The translations under genes were made by a program, and so were the position numbers. This document shows positions 51,498-61,031 of a stretch of DNA of 64,000 nucleotides, piece by piece. Below the pieces are notes generated by a model, which made no database searches, had not been told where the DNA came from, and was given only the letters and a program-made list of their open reading frames with translations. Source of the DNA: a bacterium (GTDB lineage: Bacteria; UBA8248; JACPRG01; G963555815); NCBI GenBank assembly GCA_963555815.3, contig CAUVWX020000001.1:1355665-1419664 (forward strand), given 5' to 3'. Within the stretch, counting starts at the first letter, position 1; each line of letters opens with the position of its first letter.

Positions 51498-53609
51498 ATG
51501 GACTTCCGTATCGCCGACACTTTCACAGGCAGTCTTGCCAGATTAACGGGCGACGAGCAGAAGGCTGTCAAGACGACGGCCTTCGACTTACAGCTCAGCC
51601 CCGCCAATCCTGGTATGAGCTTCCACAGGCTCAACAAGGCCAAAGACAAGGACTTCTGGTCGGTGCGGGTTAGTGATGACATCCGGCTGATCGTGCACAA
51701 GAGCGAGATTAGCCTCCTGCTCTGCTATGTCGGCCATCACGACAAGGCGTATGACTGGGCGGAACGGCGGCGGCTGGAGGCACACCCCAAGACGGGTGCC
51801 GCCCAGCTCGTGGAGATTCGAGAGACCGTTCAGGAGATTCTCATCCCGACGTATGTGGAGGCTCCGAAGCCAGCGGTGGCCAAGCTGCCACTGCTGTTTG
51901 CGGGCATGTCCGATGACGATTTGCTGACCTACGGGGTACCCCCGGAGTATCTGTCAGACGTGCGCCAGATCGACGAGGACAATCTCCTGTCGATGGCCGA
52001 CCGACTACCAGCCGAGGCCGCCGAGGCGCTCTTGGAACTGGCCACTGGCGGCAAGCCGCTTCCACCTCAGCCGGGCTCGCCGACGATGAATCCGCTCGAT
52101 CATCCCGACGCGCAACGCCGATTCCGGGTGATGAGCAGTGTCGAGGAACTTCAGCGCGCCCTGGAGTTCCCGTGGGACAGGTGGTCGGTGTTCCTCCATC
52201 CCGAGCAGCGGCAGCTGGTTGAACGGGACTACACCGGGTCCGCGAGGGTTTCCGGCTCCGCCGGCACGGGGAAGACGATTGTGGCGCTGCATCGCGCCGT
52301 CTTCCTGGCCCGCGCCAACCAGAATGCGCGCGTCTTGCTGACGACGTTCTCGCACATGCTGGCGAATGCCCTCCGCACCCAACTCAGGCGACTCATCAGC
52401 AACGAGCCGCGCTTGGCAGAGCGACTGGAAGTCCATTCGATCAACGCTACCGGAGAGCGCCTCTACAAGTCCCACTTCGGTCAGATTAATCTGGTGCCGC
52501 TAGAGGTCGTCCAAGAATTGTTGCGGGTTGCCAGCGAACGTGGAGAGAACCACAAGTTCAGTGGGAGATTCCTGCTCACCGAGTGGGAGCAGGTTGTTGA
52601 TGCGTGGCAGTTGGACACCTGGGAAGCGTATCGAGATGTCGCACGCCTCGGTAGAAAAACGCGGCTCCCAGAAGCCCAGAGGGAGATCCTCTGGTCAATG
52701 TTCGAGCAGGTCCGAGCGGGCCTTGCGGCGCGGAACATGATCACGCGCTCAGCAATGTTCACGAAGCTGGCGGCAGCCGTTGCGGAAAGTAGGAACCCGC
52801 CGTTTGACTTCGCCGTGGTCGATGAGGCGCAAGATATCGGAGTGGCCCATCTCCGATTCTTCGCAGGGCTCGGTCGGCATCGGTCCGACGCGCTTTTCTT
52901 CGCTGGCGACCTCGGCCAGCGCATTTTCCAGCAGCCGTTCTCGTGGTTGGCCTTGGGTGTGGATATTCGGGGCCGGTCGAAGACGTTGCGGGTCAATTAC
53001 CGCACGTCGCATCAGATCCGGGTGCAGGCGGACCGACTGATCGGTCCCGAGGTGTCCGATGCCGATGGCAACAGGGAGGAGCGACGCCACACCGTCTCCG
53101 TCTTCAATGGCCCGGCACCGGAGATTCAAGTTCTGCGCAGCCAAGAAGAAGAAGTTGAACACGTTGGCCAGTGGTTATCAGGACGTGCGAAGGACGGTGT
53201 CGCGCCCCACGAGTTTGGTGTTTTCGTGCGATCCGCCGCAGAACTGGGCCGCGCACGGTTGGCTGTGCAGCTCTCTGAACTCCCGTTCAAAATTCTAGAT
53301 GAAAACGTCGAAACCACCAGCGGTCACATCTCGATTAGCAACATGCATCTCGCCAAGGGGCTAGAGTTCCGAGCCGTCGTCGTGATGGCCTGCGACGATG
53401 AAATCATCCCGTTGCAGGAGCGCATCGAGACGGTCGGCGACGACGCGGATCTGCAGGAGGTTTATGATACCGAACGTCATCTTCTATATGTCGCCTGTAC
53501 GCGGGCCAGAGACCACCTGCTTGTCACCAGCGTCACGCCAGCATCGGAGTTTCTCGATGATATGCAAGGTGCGGGTATGGCCGCAACACAGGTTAGTGAG
53601 TCAGTTTGA
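51498..53609 (+). CDS. SF1 (UvrD-like) helicase with an N-terminal RelE/ParE-like domain
   Basis: N-terminus F..SL..L....QK.V....NPGM.FH.L....WSVRV..DIRLIVH..LCYVGHHD.AY, then GSAGTGKT, VDEAQD, GDLGQRI, NYRT, AKGLEF, LYVACTRAR. Confidence 0.88.
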   Translation: MDFRIADTFTGSLARLTGDEQKAVKTTAFDLQLSPANPGMSFHRLNKAKDKDFWSVRVSDDIRLIVHKSEISLLLCYVGHHDKAYDWAERRRLEAHPKTGAAQLVEIRETVQEILIPTYVEAPKPAVAKLPLLFAGMSDDDLLTYGVPPEYLSDVRQIDEDNLLSMADRLPAEAAEALLELATGGKPLPPQPGSPTMNPLDHPDAQRRFRVMSSVEELQRALEFPWDRWSVFLHPEQRQLVERDYTGSARVSGSAGTGKTIVALHRAVFLARANQNARVLLTTFSHMLANALRTQLRRLISNEPRLAERLEVHSINATGERLYKSHFGQINLVPLEVVQELLRVASERGENHKFSGRFLLTEWEQVVDAWQLDTWEAYRDVARLGRKTRLPEAQREILWSMFEQVRAGLAARNMITRSAMFTKLAAAVAESRNPPFDFAVVDEAQDIGVAHLRFFAGLGRHRSDALFFAGDLGQRIFQQPFSWLALGVDIRGRSKTLRVNYRTSHQIRVQADRLIGPEVSDADGNREERRHTVSVFNGPAPEIQVLRSQEEEVEHVGQWLSGRAKDGVAPHEFGVFVRSAAELGRARLAVQLSELPFKILDENVETTSGHISISNMHLAKGLEFRAVVVMACDDEIIPLQERIETVGDDADLQEVYDTERHLLYVACTRARDHLLVTSVTPASEFLDDMQGAGMAATQVSESV

Positions 53610-53667
53610 ATTCGACGGTCTTTGGAGTTGCTCGTGTGTCCAGCGCCAATCAATTTTCCCTTCATAT

Positions 53668-53921
53668 CTAGGGTAGCGACCAGATTACTGTTGAAATACA
53701 ACATAAGGCCGGTCGGGCCTTATGTTCAGCTTGGGACGATCTTTCGAGTCTCGCGATGAAGTGGTAGAGGGCAGAGCGGGAGACGTCCAGGATCTTGGCA
53801 ATGGAGGCCTTTGAGACATTCTTGCCCAGCAGCACTCGGATATCTTGCTCCTTGTCATCGAGCCTGGATTTTCCTAAGGCCCCCTTAGGCCGTCCGAGCA
53901 GCTTCCCTTGGGCCTTCGCGG
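53668..53921 (-). pseudogene. C-terminal HTH fragment of a small resolvase/invertase, truncated by IS copy 2
   Basis: AKAQGKLLGRPKG...VSKASIAKILDVSRSALYHFI begins exactly at the IS terminal repeat. Confidence 0.75.
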
Positions 53922-55034
53922 GGCGTTGGTGCATGAATCGGAACTGGCCCGCAACGAACCCGACTCACAGGTCCATCACCTACCAAGAGCGTACGACGAT
54001 GGCCTACCGAGCTCGGCCATCCGGTTGAGGATGTGACACCCGATCGCGGCTTCTCTGCGTTGCGCCTTGCTGTGCCTCGCCTTCAGGTCGCCTCCGAACA
54101 CGGACTTGTATCGGAAGAAGCTGTTCTCAACGCGCGCCTGCTGTCGGTAGCCCGACTCCTTCTGCCACTCCCGTCGCCCGACCTTGCGAATCCTCTGAAG
54201 AGACGCTTCAGGCTGCGCCCAGGGGCCGTCGGTGGGCCCCGCCGACAGCGCAGAGCGACGAGGGGGGATCACAATCACGACGTTCTCTGTACCGGCCGCG
54301 CTGGCCCGATCGTAGACCGATCTGTGGTCGTAGGCCCCGTCCGCCGTGAAACGCCGGATGGGAACTTCGAGCGGGGCGAGAAGATCAGGGAGTGTGGAGG
54401 CGTCGGCCCGGCTGCTCGCTGTGAGTTCGGCCGCCACAATGAACCCCTCCGCATCCACTCCGATGTGCAGCTTCCGCCAATCCCGGCGTTTCTTTGATGT
54501 CTTGTGCTTGTGCGCGTTCCATTCGCCGCGACCCAGAATCTTGAGCCCTGTGGAATCAACGATCAGGTCGATCGGGCCGTCGTGGGCTCGGGTCAGGGGC
54601 GGCACCACAACCATTTGGTTCCGGCGCGAGAGGGTGGTGTGGTCCGGGGCCTTGAGGTCGCGGCTCATCAAGCTGAGCAGCGAGTCCAGGAACCCCTCCG
54701 TCTGGCGAAGCGGGTAGGCCGAAGACGACCCGCAGCGTCAACGCGGTCCGGATCGCGAGATTCGAGTATCGACGCTGCCCTCCGCGGAGACCGTTCTTCG
54801 GTGGTATCCACGCGGCAATCGCATCCTCGCTCAGCCAGATCGTGACGTCTCCGCGGCTCCTGAGGCCACGCTCGTACTCCCTCCAGTTCCGGATTCTGTA
54901 CTTCGTCTTGTACTGGCGGTTGATTCGGCTCGACTTCCCTGCGGCCATGACGTTGCCCCCTTGATCTCCATGATGGACCGGAACCCTCCGCCGATGCTAG
55001 CGTGCCCGCTTACGCCGATTCATGCACCAATGCC
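53922..55034 (-). mobile_element. IS5-family (IS903-like) insertion sequence, copy 2, in direct orientation to copy 1
   Basis: Same TIRs and near-identical sequence to 43913-45027. The transposase is split near 54712. Confidence 0.92.
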
Positions 55035-55780
55035 GGATATAGGTGATGTCGGCGCACCAGACCTGATTGGACCGGTTGATCGACATGCCCTTGAGCAGAT
55101 AAGGGTAGACCCGGTGCTCGGGATGCGGATTCACTGGTGCGTGGCGCCCGGTAGATCGCCTGAAGCCCCAGCAGGCGCAGCAAACGACTGGCCCGGCGAC
55201 GACCGATGCGCACACCCTCAAGGCGCAGATGACGCGCCCATCTGGCGGGCTCCGTAGAACGGATGCTTCAGGAACAACTCATCGATGCGCTGCATTAGCG
55301 CAAGGCTCTCCGCACTCTCGCCCTTGGGCGTGTAATAGAGCGAGGATCGCCCGATCGATAGCAAACGGCATTGACGGCTCAAACTCGGCCCAGGGTGAGG
55401 GCGCGTCACCATCGCCCAGCGCTCGGCCCGGCTCATCGACCGGACCCGCTGGACAAAAAATCCCGTTCACCCGTCAATTCTCCGATCTTGGCGTGAAGCT
55501 CATGGACCTCGCTTTCATGGTCTCGCCGACGGCGGTCCACACCGTTCGAGAACACCTCGCCAAGCCCTTCGATCGCCTGGCGCTTCCATGTGCTCACCTG
55601 GTTCGGATGAACCTGGTGCTTCGAGGCAATCTCCTGCAGCGTCCGGTCGCCCCGAAGCGCTTCCAGTGCCACCTTCGCTTTCAAGTCACCAGAAAACCTG
55701 CGTCTCCTCCTCATCGCATACCCCTCCTTCGTCGGTGGAATACACCTTAAACAATTGTCCGATTTTCCGGGGCCACCTCA
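55035..55780 (-). mobile_element. IS3-family element, truncated (orfA and the 5' part of orfB)
   Basis: Left end TGAGGTGGCCCCGGAAAATCGGAC. OrfA RRRFSGDLKAKVALEA..VHPNQVSTWK. OrfB LS.SRQC.LL..YGAR..YPYLL..NQVWCADITYI is cut by IS copy 2. Confidence 0.88.
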
Positions 55781-55793
55781 GTGCGAGGGGGAC

Positions 55794-55834
55794 TTGACAG
55801 GGCGTCGCAAGCGTTATACGCTAATCAGCGGATC
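55794..55834 (+). promoter_or_regulatory. sigma70-like promoter overlapped by a putative XRE operator
   Basis: TTGACA (55794)-17 bp-TACGCT (55817). The palindrome CGCT-aatc-AGCG lies within ATACGCTAATCAGCGGATC. Confidence 0.7.
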
Positions 55835-55845
55835 GCCAGTGGGGC

Positions 55846-56178
55846 ATGGGACACTTGAGCACATTCGGCCGGATCATTGCGGACGCGCGCAAGGCGCTCG
55901 GCATGAGCCAGAAGGAATTGGCAGCGAGAACACGTAAAGAAGGCGGGGGTGCGATCTCGCCGCAGTATCTCAACGACATCGAACACGACCGACGAAATCC
56001 GCCGTCGAAGTACATCATCGAGCAGCTCGCAGGACATTTGGGGCTCTCGAAGGAGCCTCTGATCGCCGCGGCGGGTCTCTGGCCAACGGACCTGCGGGAG
56101 GAGCTCCCGGGGTCTGATCCGCAGCGAGTCGAGAAGGCCTTCACTGCTTTTCGGAAGGTGCTCAAGGACAAGCCATGA
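55846..56178 (+). CDS. XRE-family helix-turn-helix regulator
   Basis: FG..I..ARK..GMSQKELA...ISPQYLNDIEHDRR.P. Confidence 0.92.
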   Translation: MGHLSTFGRIIADARKALGMSQKELAARTRKEGGGAISPQYLNDIEHDRRNPPSKYIIEQLAGHLGLSKEPLIAAAGLWPTDLREELPGSDPQRVEKAFTAFRKVLKDKP

Positions 56179-56202
56179 ATCCGAGATCAAAGGACTATCG
56201 CC

Positions 56203-56904
56203 GTGAAATGGGTGCGTGACAACTCCGGGCGGTTTCGAGAGCGACCACACTACCATCCCGACGAGCTCGAACAGCTCTGTGAGGATACGATGACTCGCTT
56301 TCTGTGGGACCGTCACGGCAGGGTGGCCTTCCCGGCCAGCACTGAGGACCTCACGGTCCTCCTTGAGCGGGAGGTCGACGATCTGGACAATGGCTGCGTG
56401 CTCGAGGACGGTGTCGACGGGTTGACGGATTTCTTCCCGCGAAGGAAGCCGCACGTCAAGATCGCCAGTCGTCTACAGGCACCCAATTACGAAAATCGCC
56501 TTCGCACGACACTCACGCACGAATACGGCCACGTGCTTGTGCACGGCTTCCTGTTCGCTCTGGAGGACGGACTCGGAAGGTTGTTCGCGGGCGAGCCGCG
56601 GAAAACACGCAACACCTGTCACAGAGACGCGATCGCCGCGCCCAGCAGCGACTGGATGGAATGGCAGGCGGGGTACGCCTGTGGGGCGTTGTTGATGCCA
56701 AGAACCGAACTTGTGCGGGTTGTCCGGGCGTTCCGTGCCAGCGAAGGCCTCATGTACAGCAACATAGCCGTCGGATCGGAGGCCGGGCAGGCCATGATCG
56801 ACCGCATCGCGGCGGCGTTTCACGTGTCCCTCGAGGCTGCGCGAGTGCGACTGGAACAGCGGCGAATATTGGTCAAGACGGCGGTTCCTGGTTTGTTCGG
56901 CTAG
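56203..56904 (+). CDS. ImmA/IrrE-family zinc metallopeptidase
   Basis: R.RTTLTHEYGH, EWQA...GALLMP, F.VS..AARVRL. Confidence 0.88.
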   Translation: MKWVRDNSGRFRERPHYHPDELEQLCEDTMTRFLWDRHGRVAFPASTEDLTVLLEREVDDLDNGCVLEDGVDGLTDFFPRRKPHVKIASRLQAPNYENRLRTTLTHEYGHVLVHGFLFALEDGLGRLFAGEPRKTRNTCHRDAIAAPSSDWMEWQAGYACGALLMPRTELVRVVRAFRASEGLMYSNIAVGSEAGQAMIDRIAAAFHVSLEAARVRLEQRRILVKTAVPGLFG

Positions 56905-56921
56905 TTTTTTTTGGCATGCTA

Positions 56922-56961
56922 ATACGCTAGACAGCGGATCAGCGGTATGGCGAGTTATAAT
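56922..56961 (+). promoter_or_regulatory. second copy of the putative operator, with a nearby TATAAT
   Basis: ATACGCTAGACAGCGGATC (17/19 identical to 55816-55834). TATAAT at 56956. Confidence 0.65.
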
Positions 56962-57115
56962 GGAGGATGAGATCAGAAGGGCGACCGCCTCGGTCCATCG
57001 GGACTCTAGCGGCCGCTAAGGACGGAACGACGACGTGAACCCATTAGGAGGAAGAGCAATGAATGCAGGTAGGAAGATCTTGCGGGGTGTTCATAGATCT
57101 TGATAAAGGTTTTTG

Positions 57116-58507
57116 ATGAAGGAAACAGCGAAAGCGGAAACCCCGACGCGCCCGACGTCCGATTGCGCCCCCAGCCGGCCGTCGATCACCTATCAGTCGA
57201 TATTGGCCCTCCAGCCTGACGCGCGCAATCCGCGGACCCATAGTAAACGGCAGATCCGGCAGATCGCCGACAGCATCCGCGCGTTCGGTTTCACCAACCC
57301 GATCTTGGTCGACGAGAAGGGAAGCGTGATGGCCGGGCATGGGCGGCTGGAGGCGGCGAAGTTGCTCGGCATCCGTCAGGTTCCCACGATCCGCATTGGC
57401 GACCTGACCGAGGCGCAAAAGCGCGCTTACGTCATCGCGGACAACAAGCTGGCGGAGAACGCCGGGTGGGACAGCGAGCTGTTAACCGAGGAGCTTCGGT
57501 TCCTGACGGATCTGACGCTGGGTTTCGACGTCACCGTCACCGGTTTTGAGATGGCCGAGATCGATCTCCTACTCGATGAGGCGCGGTCGGGCGAAGAGAC
57601 GGATCCGGCCGACAAGCTGCCCGCTATCGACGACGCGCCGCCGGTTTCGCGCATCGGCGACCTGTGGCGCCTGGGGGCCCACCGGTTGCTGTGCGCCGAC
57701 GCCAGGGATCCTTCTGCGTTCGAGCGGCTGCTGGGCGGGGAAAAGGCCGGGCTGGTTTTCACCGACCCGCCCTACAACGTGCCGATCCGCGGCAACGTCT
57801 GCGGCAGAGGCCAGGCGCGCCATGGAGAGTTCGTCATGGCCTCGGGCGAGATGTCCGAGCGGGCCTATACGGATTTTCTGGGGAAAGCGTTTCGAAACCT
57901 TGCCGAGCATAGCCGCGATGGCTCGATCCACTATGTGTGCATGGACTGGCGTCATCTCGGCGAGGTGCTCGCGGCCGGCCAATCGGTCTATTCGGAGCTC
58001 AAGAATCTGTGCGTTTGGAGCAAGACCAACGGCGGTATGGGCTCGCTCTACCGTTCGCGGCACGAACTGGTCTTCGTTTTCAAGCATGGCGCGGCGCCCC
58101 ACATCAACAACATCGAACTCGGCCGCCACGGGCGGAACCGGACCAACGTTTGGGAGTATGCGGGCGTCAATGCGTGGGGGCCGGACCGTCTGGACGATCT
58201 CGCTCTGCATCCGACGGTCAAGCCGGTGGCGATGATCGCCGACGCGATCAGGGATTGCTCAAGACGCGGCGGAATCGTACTGGATGGCTTCGCCGGCTCG
58301 GGCTCGACGTTGATCGCGGCCGAGCGCACCGGGCGGCGCGGGTTCGGCATCGAGCTGGACCCAAAGTATGTCGACGTCGCCATCGAGCGCTACGAGCGGC
58401 TGACCGGTCACTCTGTGGTTCACGCTGCCAGCGGGACGGCCTTCGCCGAGATCCGGCCAAGCCGCCGGTCGACCGACACCTCCCGACAAAATGCAACGGA
58501 TTCATGA
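57116..58507 (+). CDS. ParB-N-domain DNA methyltransferase, paralogue of 41161-42516
   Basis: Same architecture: NPRTHS, FTDPPYN, HPTVKP, LDGFAGSGST. Confidence 0.92.
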   Translation: MKETAKAETPTRPTSDCAPSRPSITYQSILALQPDARNPRTHSKRQIRQIADSIRAFGFTNPILVDEKGSVMAGHGRLEAAKLLGIRQVPTIRIGDLTEAQKRAYVIADNKLAENAGWDSELLTEELRFLTDLTLGFDVTVTGFEMAEIDLLLDEARSGEETDPADKLPAIDDAPPVSRIGDLWRLGAHRLLCADARDPSAFERLLGGEKAGLVFTDPPYNVPIRGNVCGRGQARHGEFVMASGEMSERAYTDFLGKAFRNLAEHSRDGSIHYVCMDWRHLGEVLAAGQSVYSELKNLCVWSKTNGGMGSLYRSRHELVFVFKHGAAPHINNIELGRHGRNRTNVWEYAGVNAWGPDRLDDLALHPTVKPVAMIADAIRDCSRRGGIVLDGFAGSGSTLIAAERTGRRGFGIELDPKYVDVAIERYERLTGHSVVHAASGTAFAEIRPSRRSTDTSRQNATDS

Positions 58508-58509
58508 CG

Positions 58510-58923
58510 ATGGCTGGAGAGTACGAAGTCGGCTACCGCAGACCGCCCAAGACAACGCGGTTCAAGCCCGGCCAATCGGGCAATCCCAAGGGCCGTCCCG
58601 CCAAGGCGCGCAACTTCAAGAGCGACGTGAAAAAGACGCTTGAGACCCCCATTCGGCTTGTCAAGGATGGCAAGCCGCAGACCGTGTCGACCCAAGAAGG
58701 GGTGCTCCTGCGCTTGCGTGAGAAGGCGCTCAAGGGGGATGCCCGATCGATGGATCTCCTGGTGGAGCTCGCGCAAGCCTACAACGCGGAAGAGCTGGCC
58801 ACGGCCGCCGGCGGCGTATTGGGCGCGTCGGATCAAGAGATTCTCGAAAACTACCGAGAGCGGGTTTTGCGTCAGGGGACAAATGCTGAAGCGAACGAAC
58901 CGGAGGAGCCCGGCGATGCCTGA
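58510..58923 (+). CDS. DUF5681-like protein (candidate terminase small subunit)
   Basis: YEVGYRRPP..TRFKPGQSGNPKGRP. Overlaps the start of the terminase gene. Confidence 0.82.
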   Translation: MAGEYEVGYRRPPKTTRFKPGQSGNPKGRPAKARNFKSDVKKTLETPIRLVKDGKPQTVSTQEGVLLRLREKALKGDARSMDLLVELAQAYNAEELATAAGGVLGASDQEILENYRERVLRQGTNAEANEPEEPGDA

Positions 58924-60349
58924 CGCGAGCGTCCTGGCGGCCGCGATGCGGTCGGATCTGGCGGCGTTCATCCAGAAAGCGTTCCAGACGGTCTCGCCGG
59001 AGGACAGATACCGGCACAACTGGCACATTGAAGCCATCGCCTATCAATTGGGCCGTTGCTTGGATCGCCAGTGCCGGCGCCTGATCATCACGCAACCGCC
59101 CCGCTCCCTGAAATCGATCTGCGCATCCGTCGCTTTCGTCGCCTGGGCCTTGGGCCGCAACCCCAAGCTGCGCTTCATCTGCGTGAGCTATTCCGACGCC
59201 CTGGCGGCCGCGCTGGCCCGGCAATTCCGGCAGGTCGTCAACAGCGGCTGGTACCGCGCCCTTTTTCCGGGCACGCGGCTTAGCAAAGACGCAGGGACCG
59301 AATGCGTGACGACCGTGGGCGGGGGCCGCCTGGCGACCTCCATCGGCGGCACCCTGACCGGACGGGGCGCGGACATGATTATTGTCGACGATCCACTCAA
59401 GGCCGAGGATGCCAGCTCCAAGACCGTCCGCGACGATGTCAACGAATGGTATACGACGGCCCTGGTCTCCCGCCTCAACGACAAGGCGCGCGATGTGATG
59501 ATCGTCCTCATGCAGCGGCTGCACGAGGACGATCTCGCCGGCCATTTGCTTCAAAGCGGCACGTGGCACCATTTGAACCTTCCGGCCATCGCCGAGGAGG
59601 ACCAATCGATCGCCCTGGGGCCGGAACAGACCCACGATCGCAAGCGCGGCGATGTGCTTCATCCCGGGCGGGAATCGCTTCAGACGCTGATGCGCATCAA
59701 GGAGGAAGTCGGTAGTCTCACCTTTTCCGCGCAATACCAGCAAAGGCCCGTGCCCCATGAGGGCAATCTGATCAAAAGAGAATGGCTGAAGTACTACGAC
59801 CAGCTACCGGAGCGGGACATCGGCTGGCAGATCGTGCAAAGCTGGGACGTGGCCACGACGGTCAACAAGAGCAGCGATTACTCTGTGTGCACGACCTGGG
59901 CGGTGCACCGGCAAACCTGCTACCTGGTCGAGGTGTGGCGCGGCCAGCGGGATTACCCGGGCGTCAAGCGCGCCATCGTCCAGCGGGCCCTGGCTCAACG
60001 CGTAAACACGATCCTGATCGAAAAGGCGGGGCCGGGGCTGCACCTGGTTCAGGAGCTGCGCCACAACGGCGACGCGCGTGTGCCGGCTCCCATCGGCATT
60101 CAGCCGGAGGGCGACAAGCTGTCGCGCACCGAGGCTCAATTGACGGATTTCGAGTCGGGACGAGTCATCCTTCCCAGGCACGCGCCCTGGCTGGGCGAGT
60201 TTCTCAATGAGCTGCTCGCCTTTCCCAACAGCCGGCACGACGATCAGGTCGACAGCGTCACGCAGTTTCTCGGTTGGCAGCGGGGCCGGCAACGCAGGCA
60301 CCGCCGGATCTCCCCCGTGGCTCCCACCCTGGTACTCATGGAGGGTTGA
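58916..60349 (+). CDS. phage terminase large subunit
   Basis: ATPase motifs LIITQPPRSLKS, IIVDDP, MQRLHEDDL, AQYQQRP; RNase H-like nuclease QSWD..DYSV..IEK..FPN..HDDQVDS. Confidence 0.9.
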   Translation: MPDASVLAAAMRSDLAAFIQKAFQTVSPEDRYRHNWHIEAIAYQLGRCLDRQCRRLIITQPPRSLKSICASVAFVAWALGRNPKLRFICVSYSDALAAALARQFRQVVNSGWYRALFPGTRLSKDAGTECVTTVGGGRLATSIGGTLTGRGADMIIVDDPLKAEDASSKTVRDDVNEWYTTALVSRLNDKARDVMIVLMQRLHEDDLAGHLLQSGTWHHLNLPAIAEEDQSIALGPEQTHDRKRGDVLHPGRESLQTLMRIKEEVGSLTFSAQYQQRPVPHEGNLIKREWLKYYDQLPERDIGWQIVQSWDVATTVNKSSDYSVCTTWAVHRQTCYLVEVWRGQRDYPGVKRAIVQRALAQRVNTILIEKAGPGLHLVQELRHNGDARVPAPIGIQPEGDKLSRTEAQLTDFESGRVILPRHAPWLGEFLNELLAFPNSRHDDQVDSVTQFLGWQRGRQRRHRRISPVAPTLVLMEG

Positions 60350-60542
60350 CTCCAACGCGTCTGAAACCCGCTGTTTCTGACGACGATGAGCGTGTTGAGG
60401 CGGCGGTCCGGGGGAGGGAGTTCGCCTCAGACGTGTTGGTCTGGTCGCCCATCCTCCCCCAGCACGATTGATCTTCACTTTCGGACTAGACTTCCACCGG
60501 GCAACGGAGCGTCAATGGAGGTGACCCGGGCGGCAATCATCG

Positions 60543-61031
60543 ATGACGAGCCTGCCCGGAGGAGGCCACAAGATGCCGACGATCGAGACCCAGATGACCG
60601 AGATCCAGGAGATGGACCTGCCGGCGCTGCGCGATGCATGGCGGCGCCATTACCGGGTGCCCCCGCCCCGGCGACTCAGCCGTGACCTGCTGATGCGCGC
60701 CGTCGCCTATAAGCTCCAGGAACAGGTCCACGGAGGGCTCTCCAAGGCGGCGCGGCGGCGGCTTCGGGCCCTGGCCCAGGCCTTCGCCGAGACCGGTCGG
60801 GTCGCCCCGGACAACGGCACCAAGGTGCGCCCCGGCACACGGCTGGTGCGCGAATGGCGAGGCCGCACCCATGTCGTCACCGCGACGGAAAGCGGCTTCG
60901 ATTACGACGGGGAGGCCTATGGTTCCTTGACCGCTATCGCTCAACGCATCACGGGCGCGCACTGGTCCGGTCCTCGCTTCTTCGGCCTGCGGCCTTCAGG
61001 CGAGAGCGCATCGGCGGCGGAGCATGGCTGA
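60543..61031 (+). CDS. DUF2924-like protein (copy 2)
   Basis: Near-identical to 39672-40160. Confidence 0.88.
   Translation: MTSLPGGGHKMPTIETQMTEIQEMDLPALRDAWRRHYRVPPPRRLSRDLLMRAVAYKLQEQVHGGLSKAARRRLRALAQAFAETGRVAPDNGTKVRPGTRLVREWRGRTHVVTATESGFDYDGEAYGSLTAIAQRITGAHWSGPRFFGLRPSGESASAAEHG

Noticed and set aside
57450..57458. TGGCGGAGA matching the tRNA-Ser end
   Set aside because: It lies inside the MTase coding sequence (LAEN codons) and is a chance 9-mer.
57937..58915. Long N-terminal extensions of the DUF5681 (328 aa) and terminase (569 aa) ORFs
   Set aside because: They overlap upstream genes in other frames. Family-like sequence starts at 58510 and 58916.
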